Of a DNA stretch of 64,000 bases, positions 45,018 to 56,100 are shown in pieces. Location of the stretch: contig OZ024740.1 of the NCBI GenBank assembly GCA_964016885.1, forward strand, positions 17,856,001-17,920,000, written 5' to 3'. Each line of letters opens with the position of its first letter. The stretch's first letter is position 1. The notes beneath the pieces are model-generated. The model saw nothing but the letters and a program-made list of their open reading frames with translations. It searched no databases and was not told where the DNA came from. The translations under genes and the position numbers were made by a program. Source of the DNA: Eledone cirrhosa (lineage: Eukaryota).

Positions 45018-46139
45018 ATACTGAGGTATGATAATATACTGAGGTATGGAAGACTATATAATAATATACTGAGGTATGGAAGATAATATAATAATAATGG
45101 TTTCTACTTTTGGCACAAGGTCAGCAGTTATCCCAGTGCATTACTGGTACTTTGTTTTATCGACCCCGTAAGGATGAAAGGCAAAGTTAAACTCAGCAGG
45201 ATTTGAACTCAGACCATAAAGGGGCATAACTATGCTGCAAAGCAATATAATAATGATATACTGAAGTATGGAAGACTAAATAACAATATACTGAAGTATG
45301 GAAGACTAAATAATAATATACTGAGGTATGGAAGACAATATAATAATATACTGAGGTATGGAAGACTATATAATAATATACTGAGGTATGGAAGACTATA
45401 ATAATATACTGAGGTATGGAAGACAATGTAATAATATACTGAGGTATGGAAGACTATAATAATATACTGAGGTATGGAAGACAATATAATAATAATATAC
45501 TGAGGTATGGAAGACTATATAATAATATACTGAGGTATGGAAGACTATAATAAGATATTGAAGTATGGAAGACAGTATAATAATAATATACTGAGGTATG
45601 GAAGACTATATAATAATATACTGAGGTATGGAAGACTATATAATAATATACTGAGGTATGGAAGACAATATAATAATAATATACTGAAATATGGAAGACT
45701 ATATAATAATATACTGAGGTATGGAAGACTATATAATAATATACTGAGGTATGGAAGACTATATAATAATATACTGAGGTATGGAAGACAATATAATAAT
45801 ATACTGAGGTATGGAAGACTATATAATAATATACTGAGGTATGGAAGACAATATAATAATAATATACTGAGGTATGGAAGACTATATAATAATATACTGA
45901 GGTATGGAAGACTATATAATAATATACTGAGGTATGGAAGACAATATAATAATAATATACTGAGGTATGGAAGACTATATAATAATATACTGAAGTATGG
46001 AAGACTATATAATAATATACTGAGGTATGGAAGACTATATAATAATATACTGAGGTATGGAAGACTATATAATAATATACTGAGGTATGGAAGACTATAT
46101 AATAATATACTGAGGTATGGAAGACAATATAATAATAAT
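45018..46139. repeat. 30-bp minisatellite (ATACTGAGGTATGGAAGACTATATAATAAT), about 32 units, interrupted by a SINE
   Basis: Direct repeats with variable (AAT)n length. Confidence 0.97.
45099..45244 (-). mobile_element. SINE family A, 5'-truncated, inside the 30-bp array
   Basis: Family A body and 3' end; the A-box region is missing. Confidence 0.85.
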
Positions 46140-46320
46140 TGTTTCTACTTTTGGCACAAGACCAGCAATTACTCCAGTACATTATTGGTACTTTATTTTA
46201 TCAACCCCGTAAAGATGAAAGGCAAAGTTAACCTCGTCGGGATTTGAACTCAGACAGTAAAGGGCGGTAACTCTATTCTGCAAAGCATGGCGTCCGACCC
46301 TCTACCGATACTGCCAATCC
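46140..46320 (-). mobile_element. SINE family A, near full length, with candidate TSD TGGAAGACTATA
   Basis: Head GGATTGGCAGTATCGGTAGAGG on the minus strand. TGGAAGACTATA lies at 46321-46332 and also within the array units on the tail side. Confidence 0.88.
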
Positions 46321-46391
46321 TGGAAGACTATACCATCTTATAGATTTTCTTAAACTATTCTTAGTGAAATCAACACAAACTCTATATGTCA

Positions 46392-46896
46392 TGGTGAGGA
46401 GGGTGACTTTGGACATCCTGCAGGACTAAAAACAAAACCTGTCAAAGGGCAAAGGAGCTCTTAAGAGTCAATGGCCATCCAAAATCACCGGGAGAGATGA
46501 CCCCTTAACCTTTGTCAAGGCAGAATACTAGGAGAAGGAAAACTCTGATATAACACCTGCAACCCTGATGGTATCCAATGATGTTGACTTGTTCTTTCTG
46601 GTAAATATCATCTTGGTAAAGAGAGTGGGACTGGCTTTGTGCAGTGCCTTTGCTCACTATAAAAGCTTCACGGCACAGGCATTGCTTTATATCTGGAGAT
46701 CTCTCTGCACGTGTCGTCACATGGTACCATGGGCCCAGCAGTATGTGTCAATAATTGTCACAAGTGTAGTGTTTGTACCAGAGTTTTCAAGTCGCTGGCT
46801 GGACTAAAAAGTCACACTCGTTCAGCGCATCGGTAGGGGTTCTCCTACATGGATATAAATTAGTGGCCGTACTCGAAAACGAGTTGGCAGCCACCA
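46392..46896 (+). mobile_element. Non-autonomous RTE-derived element C (5'UTR-like part, C-terminal C2H2 finger, 3' stem-loop, TA-rich tail)
   Basis: Contains the RTE 5'UTR-type motif TAGGAGAAGGAAAACTCTGA. 46765-46836 encodes [23 protein letters not shown]. The 3' hairpin is CTCG-AAAA-CGAG. Three more copies lie nearby. Confidence 0.75.
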
Positions 46897-47169
46897 TGTA
46901 TATATGTGGATGATGGTTTGTAGATGTGTGTGTGAGTATGTATGCGTGTATGTAGATATGTATGTGTATATATGTGTGTGAATATATGTATATATGTGTG
47001 TGTGAATATATGTATATATGTAAGTATGAAAAACAACAGATATTGAACTCAATACTAAATGTAGAGTCAAATAAATATTTATAAATTTACAAAGTTGACT
47101 TTGGTGGGATTCTCTCACAGAATGCAAAGAGGTGGATTAAATAGAGCAAGGTATTGTATAAATTGTACT

Positions 47170-47220
47170 CTACATGCACCTTTGATGAGTTGTAGTGCAC
47201 CTGAGCTCTGTACACAATAT
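47170..47220 (+). mobile_element. CR1-type 3'-end fragment
   Basis: Near-identical to 41994-42043 (ATGCACCTTTG..GAGTTGTAGTGCACCTGAGC.CTGTACACAATA). Confidence 0.75.
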
Positions 47221-47610
47221 CATGAAATTTTTAACTCTGCCAATCCGTCAACTTTGCGATATAAAAATAATATGGAAATGATGGAATCCCAATTAAAAAT
47301 GTTAATTAATTAACTAATATAAACCTGTATCATATTAACTTTATAAGACATAATAGGATCTTACTTGTTCAGTTATGCATATAATCACACACACACAGAT
47401 ATGCAGATGTGTGTATATATATATATATATATACACACACATATACATACATATACATATACACATATATATACATACATAAACATACATATACATACAT
47501 ACATATGCATATATACACATACATATATATATATATATACATATACATACACATACATATATATATATATACATACACATACATATATATATATACATAC
47601 ACATATATCT

Positions 47611-48238
47611 TGGTTGTCCATCGTAAACGATGATGACATCTTTATTTTAGTTCCCGTCTGCCGTGGGCATGACGGGGGCTGTGGCAGCCGATCCTTCACT
47701 TTCAGGTCCGGGGACACCTGTTACCTCTGCATCTTGCCCATCGCCGCAGGGCTTTCGGAGTGCACGTTAAAGAAGAAACCTGTGCAGGAAAGGTTTATAG
47801 TGGGGGGAGGGCCAGTGCACAGTGACGGTCCCACTCACTCGGCCGCAGAAGCCAGAATCCGGTGGTACGGAGGACCGTCACGACCAGGGACTTCCTTGGC
47901 TGCAGTGGATGGCCATGATGTCTGTAGTGCCTTACCGTGCCCTAGCACTCCACACCACTTGCTGTCACCGCCTTTGTGACTGTTGGGACGATGTTGTCCT
48001 CCTCCACTCACTCCGCAGGGTCCAGTCTTCGCATGCAGGGGTAAGTGTCCCCTATCTAACTCCCGGAGGAGGGGGGGTTCAGACCCGTCCGGCTACCCTC
48101 AACCTGGTTCAGCCCGCCAGCCAAGGCGGTTTACTAGGGTGTGGCCGCTGTCGCATGCTACAGCTTCTTGGGGCCACAGGTGAGAGCTGATTGTCATGTG
48201 GGACCCAATGCAGGACGAGCTGTCCTGAAAAGGGCATG
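47611..48238 (-). mobile_element. GC-rich non-autonomous RTE-like element D
   Basis: The minus strand has AGAAGCTGTAGCATGCGACAGCGGCCACACC, which resembles RTE 5'UTRs from memory. It also has TGCCCACGGCAGACGGGAACTAA and a terminal hairpin CATCGT-TT-ACGATG followed by a TA-rich tail. Confidence 0.6.
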
Positions 48239-48961
48239 GCTGAACGAGTGTGACTTTTTAGTCCAGCCAACGACTTGAAAACTCTACACTTGTGACAATT
48301 ATTGACACATAGTGTTGGGCCCATGGTACCATGTAATGACAAGTGTCGTTACTTTTTAGTCCAGCCAGCGACTTGAAAACACTACACTTGTGACAATTAT
48401 TGACACATAGTGTTGGGCCCATGGTACCATGTAATGACAAGTGTCGTTACTTTTTAGTCCAGCCAGCGACTTGAAAACACTACACTTGTGACAATTATTG
48501 ACACATACTGCTGGGCCCATGGTACCATGTAACGACAAGTGCAGAGAGATCTCCAGATATAAAGCAATGCCTGTGCCGTGAAGCTTTTATAGTGAGCAAA
48601 GGCACTGCACAAAGCCAGTCCCACTCTCTTAACCAAGATGATATTTACCAAAAAGAAGAACAAGTCAACATCATTGGATATCATCAGGGTTGCAGGTGTT
48701 ATATCAGAGTTTTCCTTCTCCTAGTATTCTGCCTTGACAAAGGCTAAGGGGTCATCTCTCCCGGTGATTTTGGATGGCCATTGACTCTTAAGAGCTCCTT
48801 TGCCCTTTGACAGGTTTTGTTTTTAGTCCTGCAGGATGTCCAAAGTCACCCTCCTCACCAAGAAACCTTGGTGGGGTTGCCAGTTTAGTCGCCAACGACC
48901 CGAACATGAGACAGGTTGTACTGGGATACATGTTACCAGTAGCACCAACTGGTGACCTGAC
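48239..48961 (-). mobile_element. Element C copy with intact 5' end and a 98-bp internal triplication
   Basis: Reverse complement of 46392-46826 plus about 100 bp of additional 5' sequence. Repeat units start at 48253, 48351 and 48449. Confidence 0.85.
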
Positions 48962-48967
48962 ATACAT

Positions 48968-49004
<37 letters not shown>

Positions 49005-49170
49005 TACACACACACCGATGTATATATATATACGTATGTATGCATGTATATATATACACATACATATATATACACATGTATATATATATATATATATACA
49101 TGTATATACATACACATGCATGCACACACATATATACATACATATGCATGTATATATATACATATATACA

Positions 49171-49820
49171 TAACGAACTAAGGGAAAAATTAGAAATAAG
49201 AGGGATCAGATGTTGTTTACTCGAGAGAAGGCTACGTTGGTATGGTCACGTGATGCGCATGAAAGACGACAGCTGTATAAAAAAGTGCAGGGCAATAAAA
49301 ATAGACGGTAGCCACGGAGTAGGCAGACCCAGAAAAACCTGGGACGAGCTGATAAACTCCGACCTCACACACTTACACCTCTCCAAGACAATGTCACTGG
49401 ACCGAGATCTTTGGCGGTACACAGTAATAAAGAAGACCCGCCTTACCTAAGTACAAAGTAAAACCTACTACAGTCAGTAGGCACCTCTAACAAAATACAC
49501 CCCCATCCCACTACCCCCACCCCATCCACACCGCCCCTTTCAATGTAAAGTTATGTTGGTAACACAACATCCAGCCCGAAACAAATGAGGTCGTGTAGGT
49601 GTCACGACAAAAAAACACACAGTCCACGCTGTAATGTGGCCGTGTAGGTAACACGGTAAAAACCTCCCAGTTCCACACTGTAAATGTGGTTGGTGTTAGG
49701 AAGGGCATCCAGCCGTAGAAAACCCGCCAGACAGTCCTATGCGAGCAAGACAACCACTCTTGCCTCAAGTGGGAAAACTCCCGTCCAAACCCATGCAAGC
49801 GTGGAATATGGACGTTAAAC

Positions 49821-49854
<34 letters not shown>
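49171..49854 (+). mobile_element. 5'-truncated copy of the RTE LINE (last ~93 codons, 3'UTR, (GAT)n)
   Basis: NELREKLEIRGIRCCLLERRLRWYGHVMRM...KTRLT* is nearly identical to the end of the 53104-56271 ORF. Confidence 0.95.
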
Positions 49855-49887
49855 CATATACATTATATATATACATACATACATATG

Positions 49888-49918
<31 letters not shown>

Positions 49919-49935
49919 GTATATATATATATATA

Positions 49936-50345
49936 TGGTGGCTGCCAACTCGTTTTCGGGTACGGCCACTACTTTATATCCATGTAGGAGAACCTCTACC
50001 GATGCGCTGAACGAGTGTGACTTTTAGTCCAGCCAGCGACTTGAAAACTCTGGTACAAACACTACACCCGCCAAAATTATTGACACATAGTGCTGGCCCA
50101 TGGCACCACGTGACGACAAGTGCAGAGAGATCTCCAGATATAAAGCAATGCCTGTGCCGTGAAGCTTTTATAGTGAGCAAAGGCACTGCACAAAGCCAGT
50201 CCCACTCTCTTAACCAAGATGATATTTACCAAAAAGAAGAACAAGTCAACATCATTGGATACCATCAGGGTTGCAGGTGTTATATCAGAGTTTTCCTTCT
50301 CCTAGAATTCTGCTTTGACAAAGGCTAAGGGGTCATCTCTCCCGG
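49936..50345 (-). mobile_element. Element C copy, 5'-truncated
   Basis: Reverse complement of 46488-46896, flanked by TA microsatellite. Confidence 0.88.
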
Positions 50346-50389
50346 ATATATATATACATACATACATACACATATATATATATACATAA

Positions 50390-50547
50390 TGGCTGCCAAC
50401 TCCTTTTCGAGTATGGCCACTACTTTATATCCATGTAGGAGAACCCTTACCGATGCGCTAAACAAGTGTGACTTTTAGTCCAGCCAGCGACTTGAAAACT
50501 CTGGTACAAACACTACACTTGTGACAATTATTGACACATAGTGCTGG
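50390..50547 (-). mobile_element. Element C copy, short 3' fragment
   Basis: Reverse complement of about 46735-46893. Confidence 0.85.
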
Positions 50548-51005
<458 letters not shown>

Positions 51006-51054
51006 AATATTATAATGAAATGACAGGAGGCTGGATTTGTGTAAATCCTTGAAA

Positions 51055-51135
51055 GGTCTATTATACTCTGATCATTTCAATGACCGGGTTCCGTATGAAT
51101 CCGGTGATATCATCAGGTATTCGAAATATAATACG
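51055..51135 (-). other. Hammerhead-ribozyme-like motif (probable Penelope-type terminal repeat)
   Basis: The minus strand reads CTGATGA, a long stem (ATCACCGG...CCGGTCAT), then GAAA-TGATC. Helix I is not canonical. Confidence 0.45.
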
Positions 51136-51225
51136 TGAATGTAATAGATAAAATCCATGGGGCTGAAAATCGAGGACTCGAGTGCGACCGCTATTCTGTT
51201 CCTTCAATCTCAGCCGGTCGCCGCG

Positions 51226-51492
51226 TATGTATATATATATATATACATACATATATATATACATACATATATATATATATACATATATATATACATACAT
51301 ATATATATATATACATATATATATATACATACATATATATATATACATACATATATATATATATACATACATATATATATATATACATATATATATATAT
51401 GTATACATACATATATATATACATACATATATATATATATACATATATATATATACATACATATATATATATATACATATATACATACATAT

Positions 51493-51537
<45 letters not shown>

Positions 51538-51800
51538 CATATATATATATATATACACATACATATATATATATATATACACATACATATATATATATAT
51601 ACATACATACATATATATACACACACACACATATATATATATACACACACACATATATATATACACACACACACACACATATATATATACACACACACAC
51701 ACACACATATATACACACACACACACATATATATATACACACACACATATATATATATACACACACACATATATATATACACACACACACACACATATAT

Positions 51801-51831
<31 letters not shown>

Positions 51832-51870
51832 CACACACACATATATACATATACACACACACATATATAT

Positions 51871-51963
<93 letters not shown>

Positions 51964-51972
51964 TACATATAT
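51226..51972. repeat. Long compound (TA)n/(CA)n microsatellite
   Basis: Directly visible; CA content rises from left to right. Confidence 0.98.
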
Positions 51973-52168
51973 GGCGAGGGTCATATTTGTGTAATAATAT
52001 TGCCAGAATTAATAACAGAACTCACTGTTTGGTTGGTTTTCGCTTCTGTGTCTTTTATATCGGTTAATTTAATTTATTCGGTCCTCAATGTTACCATTGA
52101 CTGACCAACGGTCAAAAATATACATATATATATACATATATACATACATACATACATATATACATATA

Positions 52169-52847
52169 CTTCCTCCACAAATCCTAATTCTAGCGTATTT
52201 TAATTCTAATTCTAGCGTATTTTCAAAACAATCCATATTTCGTATCAAGTCCAAATAGCCAATCTATTGCTAAAACAAACTACATTTTTTTGTTTTTATT
52301 AATTGTTAAATACGAAAGTTTTTGGTCGTATTGAACAGAACAAATTTTGTATTTTTGTTAATCGCTTGTTAAATGCAAGGACCCCATTCAATCATTACCT
52401 TCTATCCCTAATTCTAGCGTATCTTCAAAACAAAAAAACAAAATCCTTTCCTTCTTCCTTCTTCGAAGGCATGGGGCGGTCAAACGCCTAACACACACAA
52501 CCATCATGCGGCCACCCCCCCCTCTCTCTCTCTCTATATATATATATAATAGGAATTCACTTCGCCAAATTTCATTGCTTGCTGTCTCTATTCCACGATA
52601 TTCATGTAACGTAATGTACAGATTTCATTTCTCTTCCTCCACAAATCCTAATTCTAGCGTATTTTCAAAACAATCCATATTTCGTATCAAGTCCAAATAG
52701 CCAATCTATCGCTAAAACAAACTACATTTTTTGTTTTTATTAATTGTTAAATACGAAAGTTTTTGGTCGTATTGAACAGAACAAATTTTGTATTTTTGTT
52801 AATCGCTTGTTAAATGCAAGGACCCCATTCAATCATTACCTTCTATC
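52169..52847 (+). repeat. Near-identical ~215-bp direct duplication (52169-52406 and 52634-52847)
   Basis: TTCCTCCACAAATCCTAATTCTAGCG...CATTACCTTCTATC occurs twice. Confidence 0.92.
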
Positions 52848-52919
52848 TAGCTACCCAACACCCCTCCCTCCCTCCCACGCGCACCACCCCTCCCTCCCAC
52901 CCCCGTGCACCACCATTGC

Positions 52920-52983
52920 TATTACGTGGACCAATCATAAAACAGCCCCCACGCATCACCAGTATTATTACGCGGACCAATCA
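52920..52983 (+). promoter_or_regulatory. Two CCAAT-box motifs in the LINE 5' leader (candidate internal promoter)
   Basis: TATTACGTGGACCAATCA at 52920 and TATTACGCGGACCAATCA at 52966, 46 bp apart. Confidence 0.4.
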
Positions 52984-53103
52984 GAAGCCAGAGGCCTATA
53001 CTATCGCTTGCCTGGTTGCCTTTCGATATATGATGGATGGATGGACTGCGGAATCCTGGAGAGTGGAGGAGAGAGAGAGAAAAATCTGGACGCTCAAGCG
53101 ACA

Positions 53104-56100
53104 ATGCCAAAGATAAAGACAAATTCACCTCTTGGACGAGAATGCGAGCACTCATTGTTTCGACCGCGGACGGCTAACATAACCCCATCGCCCCCCGCCC
53201 CCCACCGCCCCCAACCCCCAAACGCAATCCAAAACTTCAGAGTTGGTACCATAAATGTAGGCACCCTAAAGGGTCGCGCTAACGAGGTTGTAGAAATGCT
53301 TGAACGTAAGGAGGTCGATGTTTGTTGTATTCAAGAGACCAGGTGGAGGGGTGGGTCTGCTAGGTTCATTGAGGGTAAAAAACGATGTTATAAGCTTTTC
53401 TGGGTGGGAAACGACGATGGGCTGGGTGGAGTAGGAATCATGGTAGCAGAAAAGTGGGCAGATAAGATAATAGACGTAAATAGAGTGAACGACAGAATAA
53501 TTAAAATACGACTTGTCCTCAATAGAACTACGGTGACAGTAATATCTGCGTACGCACCCCAATCCGGACTGCCCGGCACTATAAAAGACAGATTCTATGA
53601 GACACTGATGCTAACTACCTCCCAAATATCCGACAGTGACTATATAATTATCGCAGGCGACCTAAATGGTCACGTTGGACAACATTGTGACGGCTACAAC
53701 GAAATCCATGGAGGCTATGGGTTTGGTACTAGAAATGAGGAAGGCTCCAGAATCCTGGAATTCTGTGATGCAAATAACCTAACTATCTGTAACACTAACT
53801 TCAAAAAACGTGACAATCACCTGATCACCTATAGATCCGGGGAACACACAAGCCAGGTAGATTATATCCTTACCAGAAGACGTGACAGAGTGTCTGTTGT
53901 AAACACTAAATCCCTTCCCCATGAAGAATGCACCTCCCAACATAGACTGATAATTAGCGACCTCATAGTCAGGACGAGACGTACTCGACAGCAGAAGAGG
54001 ACTATCCTCAGGAGAAAAATATGGAAGATAAAGGACCCCACAGCCAGGAATAAATTTCAAAGCATATTACTTGATGCTTTCGACAGTAAGGAAGAACATT
54101 TAGAGTCGGACAATATAGAGGGAGAGTGGGAATTTTTGAAAGCAAACCTGCTGTTGGCGACAGACGAAGTCTGTGGCTGGAGCAGGCCTGTAGGCAGGAG
54201 GAGAGTAACATGGTGGTGGAACAGTAAGGTGGAGGGGTCAATTAAGGCCAAAAAGCAGGCTTGGAAAGTATGGCGGGATGGGGGAAGTAGAGAAGACTAT
54301 CAAGTGGCCAGGAGGGAAGCTAGGAGACAAGTGTACTTAGCAAGAAGGGAAGCTGAGGAAAGAAAGTTCAAGCATGTTCTACAACGCGATGACCAAAAAC
54401 GTGAGGTGTTCAGGATTGCTAGGCAATGCGTCAAGGAAAACCGTGATATTGTCGGGGAGAAGTGTGTACTAAACGACGATGGCACACTTGCCATCACCGA
54501 CGCTGATAAGAAGGTAGCTTGGAAGTGTCACTATGAAAGGCTACTAAATGAGGAGAATAAATGGGAGAAAGACAGTCTCCCCCATATCGACCCAATAGAG
54601 GGACCAGCAGTGTTAGTCGAGGGGAGTATAATAAGTAAGGCAATCAAGGATATGAAGACGGGTAAGGCGGCTGGGCCTTCGGAAATAGTTGCTGAGATGC
54701 TGAAGGCATCTGGCACGGTGGGACACACCATGGTCACCCGCATAGTTAACCAAGTCGTACAGAATGGGGTTGTTCCGAAGGACTGGCATAGCAGCATCAT
54801 CGTTAACTGTTATAAGGGTAAAGGAGACGCCCTAGATAGGAGTAACTATAGAGGCATTAAATTAATCGACCAGGTCATGAAGGTCACGGAAAAAGTAATA
54901 GCGCAACTAATCAGAGAGAGAATTGACCTAGATGAAATGCAGTTCGGGTTTGTGTCAGGCAAAAGTACCACAGACGCTCTTTTCATAGTACGACAACTAC
55001 AGGAGAAGTACCTAGCTAAAGGTAAACCCCTCTACTTAGCTTTTGTCGACTTGGAGAAAGCCTTCGACAGAGTCCCCCGCTCCATTATCTGGTGGGCTCT
55101 TAGAAAACTAGGCGTTGACGAATGGCTTGTGAGGGCTATACAAGCCATGTATAAAGAAACAGTCAGCAAGGTTAGAATTAACAACGAATATAGTGAAGAG
55201 TTTAGCGTAAAAGTTGGCGTCCATCAGGGCTCTGTTCTCAGCCCACTACTATTTATTATTGCCCTTCAGGCTATAACAGAGGAGTTCAAGACAGGCTGCC
55301 CATGGGAACTCCTATACGCAGACGACCTGACACTCATAGCGGAATCAATGGCCGAGCTAGAGAAGAAATTCCAAACATGGAAGCACGGCCTAGAGTCAAA
55401 AGGACTTAAAATTAACCTGGCTAAGACCAAAGTACTAGTTTGTAGGAAAGAAAACAAGGCGGCGGTCCCTTCTGGGAAATGGTCGTGCTCGGTGTGTAGG
55501 AAAGGCGTAGGTAGAAACTCCATTTTATGTCCTAAATGCAAAGTATGGGTGCATAAAAGATGTAGTGGGATCACAGGTAAGCTAACTAAGAACATAGATT
55601 TTACATGTGGCCGGTGCTCTGGTGCAATAAGTAGCAGCAAGTGCCCACAAACTACTAGCTCTTTCAATTGCGCAGAGGGTTCTATAGAAATAGTGGACAG
55701 CTTCCGTTACCTGGGCGATAAAATCAGCAGTGGGGGAGGGTGCTCTGAAAGTACTGTAGCTAGAGTCAGAACTGGTTGGAAAAAGTTCAGAGAGCTTATA
55801 CCACTATTAGCTGCTAAAGGGTTCTCACTAAAAATGAAAGGCAGGTTGTACGATGCCTGCATACGAACAGCAATGCTGCATGGCAGTGAGACCTGGGCAT
55901 TGTGTGCAGAGGATATATGCAGACTAGAGAGGAACGAAGCTTGCATGCTCCGCTGGATGTGTAACAGTAATATACGTGAACGGCAAAGCATAAACGAACT
56001 AAGGAAAAAATTAGAGATAAGAGGGATCAGATGTTGTTTACTCGAGAGAAGGCTACGTTGGTATGGACACGTGATGCGCATGAAAGTCGATAGCTGTATA

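Noticed and set aside
42533-46247. Repeat-protein or mucin-like ORFs (HRPTFYIW.., poly-Thr, YNNILRYGR..)
   Set aside because: They are open in several frames or on both strands because of tandem repeats. There is no splice or domain evidence.
46765-46836. Host C2H2 zinc-finger gene exon
   Set aside because: It is a single finger inside a multi-copy retroelement derivative, followed by a retro-type 3' hairpin and tail.
47820-47975. HDV-like ribozyme in element D (GTGACGGTCC/GGACCGTCAC pairing)
   Set aside because: A 10-bp stem is present, but I could not place a canonical L3 or the catalytic C of J4/2.
52744-53103. N-terminal 120 aa of the 1175-aa ORF call
   Set aside because: It starts at a TTG inside a duplicated flank that is not part of the LINE, so the open frame there is probably incidental.
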